From Veleropilina oligotropha (taxonomy: Eukaryota): a stretch of DNA of 64,000 bases. The position numbers were made by a program, and so were the translations under genes. The stretch covers positions 124,001 to 188,000 of the forward strand of contig JBEUKZ010000019.1 of assembly GCA_048128005.1 (NCBI GenBank), written 5' to 3'. Positions 23,605 through 33,292 of the stretch are shown piece by piece (within the stretch, counting starts at the first letter, position 1; each line of letters begins with the position of its first letter). The notes under the pieces were generated by a model. It was not told the origin of the DNA. It saw only the letters and a program-made list of their open reading frames with translations, and did no database searches.

Positions 23605-25079
23605 TTGGAAAACAGAAACAAACGATGAATTGATGAAATGTTGTTTAAATTAACTAAGAATGATGATATAAGCGGCACAACGCGTGCAGTGGATACAACA
23701 ATCACGAGATGAGTTCCGACATGTCAGAGATGGAACTTGGGTACAACTGGCTTAATGTACAACTGATTCGAACGCTGGTCCACAGAGCCTGATACTGGAC
23801 TTTGATCCCCAGAGATGCAGGAAGTCTTTTCTTTGAGCCCTGTCTCCATTGCACATATACCATATTATGGTCCAGTACGTTCTATAGTACATGTATATCT
23901 TGATATATTTGTAGAACAAAATATGCCTTCATAGACTAAGTGTAGCATCTTAACCACTCAATCATCAAATATAAATTATATATTACAATTACGTGATATG
24001 AAACATTTAGAACATACCTAAATCAATAGCCACAACATCATTATTTAAGTTTCCTGATAAATGACTAGTATTCGTGTCAAACATTTTGGTTTACTACGAC
24101 AATATGTTGGAATATCATTTATATGGAAGGTATATAAATATTTCTTCAGCTTGCGAAATATGACGAATCACAAAACAATGACGCGGTCTCCATATTTGAA
24201 AAAATATATCAGTGACTTACCCAATTTTTTAACTTGGCACAATGCTCTGGACAACAGATCTGGATACAACAAATGACGCATAATCAGCAGCCAAGATATC
24301 TGCTAGAAAAATCACAACACTGGTGCATGAAGTGGACGCGATTGATCGTGAACTAGATTTTGATCTAGAAGGGTTGAACAGTCAAAGTTACTACTCTACG
24401 TCCACTTAATAAAAAGGAATCATTGATTGACTTCATTTGATTTGAATTAATTTAGTAAAATTACGACAAAATTATAACAATTTTACAGTTGGGGCCGTAG
24501 TCAGGGCCCTGATTTGATGTCTTTATCCGACAGGCGGAAAATGTATGAAACTGAGGGGATGTATACCTGGAAAAAAATCGACCTTTTCAATTGTTTTTAA
24601 ATAAAGTTATCTTAAAAGTGGCAATGGCACAAGCATTATACCTGATTAATGCGTGTAAAAACATTATGTAGAGATAGCCTATACGTGTTTTGGAGATACG
24701 CTTCCGACAAAGTCAATTGGATGGAGAGAAGGATAAGTGAACAAATGGACATCTATTATCCTTTATACTCCCAGCTACATCATAGTATAACAAAATTATA
24801 TCAATTTTATTTTTCCTGGATATATATTGATTTTGTGTTAAAGTCATAGTGAGGATTTTTCATATATATACAGTGTGATGCAAGCTCGGAATAAACGATG
24901 AAACCCTCATACCTGCCTATTTCCCTCTCAACGATTGATCCCACAACTCAAAATCAGAGCAGTCAGCTGAAATGGACTATGCAGTTGTCACCATTGTCGT
25001 GTTGCAGCATGGAATCTGCTTGAAAAGGTAAAATGATATCCCATGTAAAATTCAGCAGTGGAACCTAACCGTGCTTATT

Positions 25080-25149
25080 AGTAGCAGCAGCAGGGGGGGT
25101 CAGTAGACTTTTTAGAATGGGAAAATAAGGCTCCCAGCACCCGTTCCGA
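25080..25149 (+). repeat. Left TIR core of copy 2
   Basis: Matches the reverse complement of about 40305-40373 with very few differences. Confidence 0.9.
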
Positions 25150-26141
25150 CCCAACTTAAACTATATAGAGCCCTCAGGGACGGCCCACTACCCTCGCCGG
25201 CCCGGGCTCCTGTGTGTTAGTGTATTACAAAAGTCCCCGTGTGTACAGCGCAGTCCGAACCTAGGGTAGCTTAGAATAGTCAGCCGGGGGTTGAATAGAC
25301 TTTTTTAGAATGGGCAATAAGGCTCCCAGCACCAGTGAGTTCTATTAGCTATACCCACAGCAGGGCACTAACTGTGTGTGGCGCGGCGGCGTGTATCAAT
25401 GGATATTTGCGTTAGTCGCTGTCAATGTTATTGATTAATTTTGCGTCTGGGTCTGCCCGGGCTCATCTTTTTTCCTATTAGAGCAATGGCTATCCTGGTG
25501 TATACCCGACATATATCAAGATGGGTGCGTATCTCCCTTAGAGTACCTGCTAAATCGTAATACCACATTTATGATCACTACTGCTAGCAACAAGAAGAAC
25601 CGTGAATTCAGGACACTGCCCGTCTTCATGTCCTTCCATCAAGTGTTGCCTTATTGTGAAGCCCCCTTGTATTCCAGCCGTAGCCTGGGGTGCAATCAGT
25701 TGCCTTTTAATCCTGATCAGAAGCACCTTGTATTTCAGCCGTAGCCTGGTTCAATCTGTCAGAGGCGACCATAATAATTAACAACCTTTCAAGTTAGGCT
25801 GTATTGCTGGCTGTATACGATTTAGCAGGTACTCAATGAAGTCGCCATGTGCTGGGCAGGTATATACTAGGATCTCATTCCTCTAATATGAAATCTGGGT
25901 CAGCAGCGCTAATAATAGACGCGTGTGGCGATAAGAGCAGCAGCATGAATGAGGCCACAGTAGACAGCTGAACGGGCTATTAATATATGCTAGGAAAGCC
26001 GGAAATGTGTTTGAGGACAGGGAATCCCCGAGCAGCTGTTATGTAAGTATGTAGTTCCCGCTGGTAGCGTGCAGTTGCATGGCGATAAGTGTCCTATTAG
26101 ATATACCCACATCACAGGATATACCCACTGCAAAGGATACG

Positions 26142-26417
26142 ATGAAGGGCACAGACACCTGTCACTGGCTTACTATAAGCTCCACAGAACTATGTGGTAA
26201 GAGTTGTTTGAGAGATTATTGCAAAGTGCATTTGGCTCGGCTACGGCGAAATGGCTGGGTCACAAAGCCCTGCATCAAATGCGGCAAAGGCGTCTTCAAC
26301 CGGTTTACGTTGTGTAATGGCTGTGGGTATAAGAGTGAGAACTCTATGGACTGGCAACGAAAGAAAAGTGCCTTCCGGAGAGAGTTTCTCCGCTTGGCTG
26401 CAATTTACCACACGTAA
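26142..26417 (+). CDS. Small Cys/His zinc-finger protein
   Basis: C-x10-C-x3-C-x4-C-x2-H followed by CxxC...CxxC; homolog at 60309-60602 conserves all Cys/His. Upstream ATG at 26079 is also possible. Confidence 0.75.
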   Translation: MKGTDTCHWLTISSTELCGKSCLRDYCKVHLARLRRNGWVTKPCIKCGKGVFNRFTLCNGCGYKSENSMDWQRKKSAFRREFLRLAAIYHT

Positions 26418-26465
26418 ATTTCCTATTAGAGAGGTAAAGATCTTAGTGTATGCCCGCCCGGCAAC

Positions 26466-29400
26466 ATGTCGACTATGGATGACTATATAGACCAACTGCT
26501 CGCAGACATGCAGGCATCTGAAACTCTCCGGGACGTGGTTCAGAATATTCTAGACGAACCAATCCCGGAAGACGTGAAGGAGCGCTTGTTGAAGCCTCTG
26601 GTCCCATCCAAGGATCCCCAAACGGAGAGAAAGCGGAAAGCCATTGTTGAGGAATTTGACCCAATCCCCCTCTCCAAAAAGCCCCGGACAGCCCAGGACT
26701 ACCAGAATGATCTACTAGGGCTGTTTACCACAACAGAGGGGCAACGATTCATCGACCTGGATGACCAGGTCCCTCCCCCTGTAAGGCTCCCAGCAAAAGA
26801 GCCGTGGGTGGAACTCTTGAGCGACGCCAAAGACGAGTTTGAGGTCGATGGCGCCGCGGCGGCCTTCTCCACATGGAGGATAGAAGTGGCTGGACGGCTG
26901 GCCCTGGATGCCCGTATGACAGATGCAAGGGCGGCACAGCTCCTCACAGCCCTTCCCAAGGGTGAGTTTCTCCTGAGGATAAAGTTCTTGCGGGAGTGGG
27001 GTGAAGGCGACTGGGTGGTCGAAGACAAGTTTGACCCGGTGAAGGCTGCGAGGAAGAAGGGCCAGGGTGTCATTGAGATCTCTCAGGACACTAAGCCAGG
27101 TGCTATCACTGGGGTCGACAAAGCCTACTACGAGAACGCCTACCCGGTTACTGCAGTCGTCTACGGCGTCTATCCTCTCAGAGAACCAAACCCAGCCAAC
27201 CTGGTTCCAATGAAGAACGGCGATCTCAACTGCGTTGCCCAGAGAGTGGTTGAGCACTTCGAAGGTGCCCTGAGAGGAAACGGACTCACCCCGATAAGGC
27301 GGCAGAAAATACAGGAGTGGGAGGCGCGAGTTCATGTAACAGGCGCCACTGTGGATGATATATCCATCCTCGAGAAGATACTGAAACGGGCGATCATCGT
27401 GCGAGACATCGCAGGTGCCGACATCTACAACAGTGGTAAATACCGCGGTCAAGGAAACCATACATTCAGACAAGTAGAACTCATCTGTCACAACGGCCAC
27501 GCCTGGTCCAAGGACCTACACTTCCCGCAGTCTCGCGAGGTCAACATCTACGAGGGCGATGTCTGGGAAGCTATCCGACAAGCCACACGTAACGAGCCAT
27601 TGGCTGTCTGGCTCCTTGGCGGTACAGACCGACAGCTCAACGTGAACCAGTTCGTGCTTCAGGACGGCCGCACTTACCGGACAAAAGAGGCTCACGAGAG
27701 ACTCCAAGAAGCCTGTAAGGCTCTGGGGAATGAGTCTCTCGCCGATCGAGCCTTTGGTGAGAACCATGCAGCTAGCATTATGGCCAAAGAGAACAACGGC
27801 TGGAGACCTACCCCAGCGGGCCTGCTCGATGATATCCAGAAGGCCTGCGTAGAGCATGGCCATGGCGGCCTGTGGAATTCCATGAACTACGATACGGGCG
27901 ATGTCTGCTGCATCGACATGAAAGCCTGCTACCCTGCCAGCTTTCTGGGGAAGGGCGAGGCTAAGCCGTACTTCGAAAGATTCGGGCACCCAACCCACAG
28001 CATGACCCGGGTCGCAATTAACGGTCCTCTACCCCGAGAAATCGGTACCGGGTTTGCCGAGGTCGTGGAATGGGAGTTCGCACAAGACATCCACCCCGTC
28101 ATTCCCGCCTGGTTCGGAAAGCACTTTGCAGAGAATGGATGGGCCCCGACGCCTCTGCTCGCCTTCCTCACAGAATCTGGACTGCTAAAAAGCCTCAAGA
28201 TCCGAGAAGCCATCATCGCGTTCAGAAAGCAAACCGATGTCTGGCTTCCTGAGAATCGTGACCAGGGATGCCGTATTATCGGCAAATTCACCCAAGGCGC
28301 CAAGGCTGACGGCAAAAGATTGACCCGTAGACTGGTGATTGACCAGGGAGAGCTTGACTTCCTCGTAAGAGACACCCGCCAAAGCGGTACCCTGGTCGGC
28401 GCACCTCAGAGATGCCCTATGGGTCACATCCTCACGTACTATGATGGCTCCCAGCCTCAGTACGCCCACCTGAGGGCATCGATGCTGGCCTATGCCCACA
28501 TAAGCCTCTTGAGCATGCTTCAGCGTTTCACCCCTGAGGAAGCTGTCCGAGTGGCCACTGACAGCATCTACCTCAAGAAGGCCTCGTTGGAGAAGCTCGA
28601 CGATGTCACGGTGTACGTTGCCCCACAGCTCTGCGACTGTGGCGATAAATCGTGCATCTCCTGTCTGATCGGGGAGACGTACCTTCCGCCAGTAGCACCG
28701 GCCCAGTGGCGTGACAAGGGGGAACAGCTTTACCTGCCACAGGAACATGCCGCATACCTGCCCAAGCCAGAGTATTGTTGTGCCGCCAATTCCAGCCAGC
28801 CAAGCACCGCGCCTTGCTACAATGACACGCTGACCCACCATCGCCTGAGTTACCTCAATGGTGGAGGGGGCTGTGGCAAGACTACGAGAGCGATCGAGCT
28901 CTTCCGGGCAAGGAATCCCATTGTATTCACGCCAACCCACCGCCTCGCTAAAGAGATGCGAACCAGAGGCGTCAAAGCCCAGACCTACCACAGTTTCTTC
29001 CGATGGAGCGGCCAGACTGACTGGACACCCGACCGCATGGGTCAGAAGTTCATCCCCCGCGTCATTATCTGGGACGAGGTCTGTACTGTTCCCCGGCCTA
29101 TCCTCGAGATGTTCTTGGACTGGCTGGGCCACCACGAAGTTCAGGTTATCTGCTGTGGCGATCAGGGCCAGCCACCACCGATTACGGGCGAGATGCCGCA
29201 CGATTGGCTGCGACAGACCGCGGACTACTATGAGGAGATCGAAGTAGACTACAGGGCGAAAGACGACCCTGCCCTCCAAGCCCTGAAAAGACGTATACGT
29301 CTCCAGCCCGACAAAATCCAGTGCGGGGAAATGCGTAAGAGTCTCCCCAGCTGCCTTGGATGGGATCGGTTTGTCAACACCTGGAGGCCAGGCGACCTAA

Positions 29401-29792
29401 TCCTCACCAGCCGTCAGAAGGTCCGCGAACGGGCTCAACAGCTGTTGCTCCAGAGGCACAAGGAGCACTTCCCAGACTCCCCGGTACCTATCCTTTATCA
29501 CCCCAGGGACACCCGTAAGCAAAATATCATGGTAACCATTCCGGGCACCGATGAAAGAGAGGAGCTAGTTCTCAACGACGTCGTTGAGGTCACGATTGAG
29601 GCCGCTGAGCAGGCTATCCTGACCCCGGATTGGCGCCTGGGCTATGCTCTCACCATCCATTCGAGCCAGGGTCTTACCATTCACGACCCACAGAAAGTCT
29701 GGATCATCGACGACTACCTTCAGTGGAGTAATCTCGCCTACCTAGCCGTGTCCCGGGTGGAGTATCTGCATCAGCTCGAGCGGGTAACCTGA
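26466..29792 (+). CDS. Divergent family-B DNA polymerase fused to superfamily-1 (Pif1/RecD-like) helicase
   Basis: Polymerase motif A IDMKACYPAS, divergent motif B RDQGCRIIGKF, motif C VATDSIY. Helicase motifs GGGGCGKT, IIWDEV, CGDQGQPPP, YALTIHSSQGLT, AYLAVSR. Confidence 0.88.
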   Translation: MSTMDDYIDQLLADMQASETLRDVVQNILDEPIPEDVKERLLKPLVPSKDPQTERKRKAIVEEFDPIPLSKKPRTAQDYQNDLLGLFTTTEGQRFIDLDDQVPPPVRLPAKEPWVELLSDAKDEFEVDGAAAAFSTWRIEVAGRLALDARMTDARAAQLLTALPKGEFLLRIKFLREWGEGDWVVEDKFDPVKAARKKGQGVIEISQDTKPGAITGVDKAYYENAYPVTAVVYGVYPLREPNPANLVPMKNGDLNCVAQRVVEHFEGALRGNGLTPIRRQKIQEWEARVHVTGATVDDISILEKILKRAIIVRDIAGADIYNSGKYRGQGNHTFRQVELICHNGHAWSKDLHFPQSREVNIYEGDVWEAIRQATRNEPLAVWLLGGTDRQLNVNQFVLQDGRTYRTKEAHERLQEACKALGNESLADRAFGENHAASIMAKENNGWRPTPAGLLDDIQKACVEHGHGGLWNSMNYDTGDVCCIDMKACYPASFLGKGEAKPYFERFGHPTHSMTRVAINGPLPREIGTGFAEVVEWEFAQDIHPVIPAWFGKHFAENGWAPTPLLAFLTESGLLKSLKIREAIIAFRKQTDVWLPENRDQGCRIIGKFTQGAKADGKRLTRRLVIDQGELDFLVRDTRQSGTLVGAPQRCPMGHILTYYDGSQPQYAHLRASMLAYAHISLLSMLQRFTPEEAVRVATDSIYLKKASLEKLDDVTVYVAPQLCDCGDKSCISCLIGETYLPPVAPAQWRDKGEQLYLPQEHAAYLPKPEYCCAANSSQPSTAPCYNDTLTHHRLSYLNGGGGCGKTTRAIELFRARNPIVFTPTHRLAKEMRTRGVKAQTYHSFFRWSGQTDWTPDRMGQKFIPRVIIWDEVCTVPRPILEMFLDWLGHHEVQVICCGDQGQPPPITGEMPHDWLRQTADYYEEIEVDYRAKDDPALQALKRRIRLQPDKIQCGEMRKSLPSCLGWDRFVNTWRPGDLILTSRQKVRERAQQLLLQRHKEHFPDSPVPILYHPRDTRKQNIMVTIPGTDEREELVLNDVVEVTIEAAEQAILTPDWRLGYALTIHSSQGLTIHDPQKVWIIDDYLQWSNLAYLAVSRVEYLHQLERVT

Positions 29793-30129
29793 TGAGGGTT
29801 CTGAGGACAGGCCGCCCCAAGCGCAGCAGAGCAAGCAGCAGCTCCGAAAAACCATCCAGAGGAAGCTCGTGGCATACATGCGCCAGGACCAGGCAAAGGG
29901 ACTCCCGGGGTTTAACCTCAAGGTCGACGACATCCTGCGGCTCAGAGAGGCCCAAAACAACCGATGCGCAGCATGTAACATAGAGCTGCTCTGGGCCTAC
30001 CAGCCCAAAGACACACAGCAGTTCAGTGTCGACCGTGTGGACAACCGCAGGGGCCACATCCGCGACAACGTGCGCTTAACGTGCCTTGAATGTAACCGAA
30101 AAAGAGGATTTGCGGTTGTTAACGCCTGA
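29788..30129 (+). CDS. HNH (His-Me finger) endonuclease domain, probably the frameshifted C-terminus of the polymerase-helicase
   Basis: CAAC...SVDRVDNRRGHIRDNVRLTCLECN. The frame is open from 29788, overlapping the helicase stop codon. Confidence 0.75.
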   Translation, partial: PDEGSEDRPPQAQQSKQQLRKTIQRKLVAYMRQDQAKGLPGFNLKVDDILRLREAQNNRCAACNIELLWAYQPKDTQQFSVDRVDNRRGHIRDNVRLTCLECNRKRGFAVVNA

Positions 30130-31123
30130 GAACCGGCGGCAGTTGGGTGTCACGAGGCACCACGAGAAGTTCCTCACGAACGAACCCACGCGGTGGTCCA
30201 TCAAGCAAGTAGTAGAGCACAGGCTCGTCAGGTTTAGTGACAGAGCGTCCAAGCCTGTGCACTTTTAGAGACCACACCGGGTCAGTCGCTCGCCGGCGAC
30301 CACCCTCCAACTCACCGGGTTGGTATAGGTATCGAACATCTACGTCAGAGGGGAGTTTCTGTTCCTTCCCCTGTCGGCCTGGAACAGTGGAAGAAGGATT
30401 TTGTGCAACGCGAGGTGCCTTGATGGCGTCCTTGGGCTTTTTACCGGTCAGCCTGGTCACTTCCCCATTCAACGCCGCAACAACGGCGGGCAGCCTGGCG
30501 ACCCACTCAGTTGACCTTTGACCCTCTTTCGCAGACCCTGTAAAACTCATCTCTGTTGCATACTGGTGCCCGAAGAGCCGCTCAGCGAGCGTCCGGTTGA
30601 AGCGCTCCACGATCCCTTGATCGCGATGGAGATCCACACGGCCACGCCTAACCTCGACATTATTATTTGCCAGCAGCTGGGAGACCGTCCCCATGAACTC
30701 TCGCCCTGGATCAACCTGAAGCAATTTCGGCCAGCTAAGAGGACTCCGCCTGTAGATTCGAGACAGAGCTTCAGCAACCCCTTTGGCCTCTTTTGTGGCC
30801 AGAGGCTCAGCTTCTTTAAAGCGACTGGCCACATCAACCACAGTCAAAGCGTACTTATAGGTTTTACGGCCGACCTTGTCATGGGGGAGAAACAGGAGGT
30901 CGGCTTGGTGAACCTCGTTTGGCGTTACGACGTCGAATTTTGGTCTTGGAATCCGCCGTGGCGCAGGTAAATAGATCTGCCATATAGCCTGCCTCTTAAG
31001 CCATGTCCGGGCGTCCATTTCAGACGCCTTGGCAGCCTCCGCTAGTTTCTTGATGGCTGCAATCCCTTTCCAGTAGCCCTTAGGGCTGTAGTACATCCTC
31101 GCAAGCTTACTATCCATCAGCAA
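30119..31123 (-). CDS. Retroviral-type (rve, DDE) integrase
   Basis: HQADL, VVDVASRF, LQVDPGREF, QGIVERFNRTL: intact D-D-E triad of Polinton-type integrases. Confidence 0.92.
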   Translation of the reverse strand: MLMDSKLARMYYSPKGYWKGIAAIKKLAEAAKASEMDARTWLKRQAIWQIYLPAPRRIPRPKFDVVTPNEVHQADLLFLPHDKVGRKTYKYALTVVDVASRFKEAEPLATKEAKGVAEALSRIYRRSPLSWPKLLQVDPGREFMGTVSQLLANNNVEVRRGRVDLHRDQGIVERFNRTLAERLFGHQYATEMSFTGSAKEGQRSTEWVARLPAVVAALNGEVTRLTGKKPKDAIKAPRVAQNPSSTVPGRQGKEQKLPSDVDVRYLYQPGELEGGRRRATDPVWSLKVHRLGRSVTKPDEPVLYYLLDGPPRGFVREELLVVPRDTQLPPVLRR

Positions 31124-31380
31124 TGTATTCCAGTAAACTGATCAGTCTCCAACAGGCTTCAGCTTCCGGAGCCGGTCGCTGCGCAGTCGTCGCCCGAAGG
31201 TTGGTCGGGCCCGAGAGCACCAGGACTGCGAACCGCACCATAGTCTTTTCGTCGCGGCGCCAGCAGTCGAGTGACGTAGTACTAAGGCCCACCCCGCTGA
31301 CCGCAAGCATGGCGCAGTACAGCTCTTCTGGGAGCCCCATTACAATACATGCCCACGAAAAAAATGTCCACTGGAAATAA

Positions 31381-31789
31381 TTAGGCGAGCTTGTAGGCTA
31401 CCAACCCGGTCGCAGCCATCCCCAGGATGATGAAGGTGATCTCACGTCCCTTCTGGGCATCGCTCGGTGTGTAGTAGTCAGACAGCTGGGGCTCAGGGCC
31501 ACCTCCCACAGGTGATCAATGCATACTCACGGATCGCGGCGTCAACATCTCGGAATGTCCCAACGGCATGACCCTGGCGGCGAAGTTCAACGTTCAGCCA
31601 GTCGAGACGCTCTGCCCTCTGTTGTGACCATTTAGTCTGAGCAGCGTTGAGCTGTTCTACAGCAATGTCGTGGCGTTTACGCTCCGCATCGACACCGGAG
31701 CTGCGTAGCTTCGAGAAGAGGAAGTTCGAGCCGCTGAAGGCGAGGGCGTTGACGAGAGCGCCCCCAACCAGCATCGCAATGGAAGCCAT
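31381..31789 (-). pseudogene. Small membrane protein (N-terminal hydrophobic, coiled coil, C-terminal TM) split by a frameshift at about 31500
   Basis: MASIAMLVGGALVNALAFSGSNFLF...REYALIT continues in another frame as GPEPQLSDYYTPSDAQKGREITFIILGMAATGLVAYKLA*. Confidence 0.6.
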
Positions 31790-31820
31790 TGAAATGCTGC
31801 GATTATCTAGCAAGGTCCCA

Positions 31821-32060
31821 CTACTTCAATATATCGGCCGGAATGATGCCTTGCTTGATCAGCATGTCTTTCGTCGCCATGGCGAGCGCTACGTCGAGGA
31901 CGACCATCCCGACATCGTAGCCCGTGAAGTCCAGTTTGGGGCTCGCTCCCTTGAATACCATCTTTGTCAGGCGTGCGTAGCCAATGGCGAGGCCTGACAC
32001 TATAGCGGCGTGGTATACAGCGTTGCCGAGCATCTTTCCATCAGTGATTGGGGTAGTCAT
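31821..32060 (-). CDS. Small hydrophobic viral protein
   Basis: 79 aa with two hydrophobic segments, within the tightly packed minus-strand gene run. Confidence 0.65.
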   Translation of the reverse strand: MTTPITDGKMLGNAVYHAAIVSGLAIGYARLTKMVFKGASPKLDFTGYDVGMVVLDVALAMATKDMLIKQGIIPADILK

Positions 32061-32089
32061 AACTGTTGATTAGTACTATTGATTTGCGA

Positions 32090-32581
32090 CTATTGCATAT
32101 GAAAAGGGTTCTGCTTCTTCAATTCGATAGTGGGGGCGGCCCGAGGCTGCCTAGCGTCCGCGTCTGGTGGCTGTTGATGTGGTGTGGATGGACCAGGGTT
32201 GCTGCGTTCTGAGGACGTCTTCCAGACAACAAATACCAACGCAACCGTACCGGCAGCGACGGCTACCTGGGTCCAATTAAATAGGTCCGATTTCCGTGTA
32301 TCTGGCGCACGCGGTCTTTCTGCGGCTGGAACCGCCTCCCCGGGCTGTTCTGATGGAACGACAACACTTGTTGGGGCACTCAGGTCTTCTTTCATTTTTC
32401 GAACCGCGGCCAGTAGCTTCTCCTGCTTGGCTTTTCGAGCAGCAGCGCCGGCCCTCCCTGCAGCCACTTTTTTCGGGTCCTTTTTACTCACTGATGAGTC
32501 CGTCGAAGAAGTCACCCTCTCTATCGGCTGGCTCTCGATCGGCTGGCTCTCGATCACTTGGTCCACTTCCAGCGTTGTCAT
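32090..32581 (-). CDS. Basic protein with KDPKKVAAGRAGAAARK motif and single TM
   Basis: Likely start MTTLEVD; basic helix, then TM VAVAAGTVALVFVVW. Confidence 0.65.
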   Translation of the reverse strand: MTTLEVDQVIESQPIESQPIERVTSSTDSSVSKKDPKKVAAGRAGAAARKAKQEKLLAAVRKMKEDLSAPTSVVVPSEQPGEAVPAAERPRAPDTRKSDLFNWTQVAVAAGTVALVFVVWKTSSERSNPGPSTPHQQPPDADARQPRAAPTIELKKQNPFHMQ

Positions 32582-33281
32582 CTTGATCTCGCCCTCGCTC
32601 TGGTATCTTAGGCGGGCAAACATGTCCAAATTGGCAGTGCTTAGCCGTGGTCAACGCTGCGGTCAGCGGTGTGAGGTACATGCCATATTTATAATACAGC
32701 TCACAGCTTGCAGTGGTCAGGGCATGTGAGATGAACGGGTCGGCCTCCAGGTCGGCGATCAGTCGTAGCTGGTTTGCTGGTGGAATGGGCAGGAACATCC
32801 CAGCTGCCCCCGCGTAGAGATGAATAGCTGAAGTCCCCAGAGTCTTCGTCACATCGGCACCGAGTTTCGCTTCATACCTCGCGTGGTGCTTTTCGACCTC
32901 GTCGTCAGTCATGTCGTCTATCCGGTCCACTGTGAGGTTACGCCCCATGTATCGGTGGGCCTGTCCTCCAACGGCTAAGGCTGCAAGCCTCTCACGCTTT
33001 GCCGCGCAAACGGAACTTGCGACTCCACTGTTACTGACAGGTTCCTTGCCATCGGGAGTCAAGCGACAGCTGTTGATGGTCGTTTCTTGTTCGTCATCCA
33101 TGAGTTGATCGATGAGGCTGTCCATCCTGAAGCGTTTCCAGCATCGCCTCACCGGTCTAATATAACTGTAAATCCAATACCACAATGTAGCGAGTAGGAG
33201 CAAGATCAGGCTCTGGCTGAAAGCAAAAGCTAGATATACAGCGTCCGACATGCGAGAGCTTGCTGGGCAGCTACTTAGCAT
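32484..33281 (-). CDS. Viral protein of unknown function with N-terminal hydrophobic segment
   Basis: 265-aa ORF directly downstream of the ATPase in the minus-strand run. Confidence 0.65.
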   Translation of the reverse strand: MLSSCPASSRMSDAVYLAFAFSQSLILLLLATLWYWIYSYIRPVRRCWKRFRMDSLIDQLMDDEQETTINSCRLTPDGKEPVSNSGVASSVCAAKRERLAALAVGGQAHRYMGRNLTVDRIDDMTDDEVEKHHARYEAKLGADVTKTLGTSAIHLYAGAAGMFLPIPPANQLRLIADLEADPFISHALTTASCELYYKYGMYLTPLTAALTTAKHCQFGHVCPPKIPERGRDQDDNAGSGPSDREPADREPADREGDFFDGLISE

Positions 33282-33292
33282 CTGCTGGGTAG

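Noticed and set aside
26473..29279. Long minus-strand ORFs antisense to the polymerase-helicase (e.g. 364 aa, 261 aa) and their equivalents in copy 3
   Set aside because: Shadow frames of a GC-rich coding strand; their extents are not preserved between copies and they show no motifs.
26466..29792. Helitron Rep-helicase
   Set aside because: No HUH Rep motifs; PolB motifs, TIRs and capsid genes are present instead.
31110..31340. 76-aa ORF upstream of the integrase
   Set aside because: Fits the gene packing, but has no motif and no second copy in the window to test conservation.
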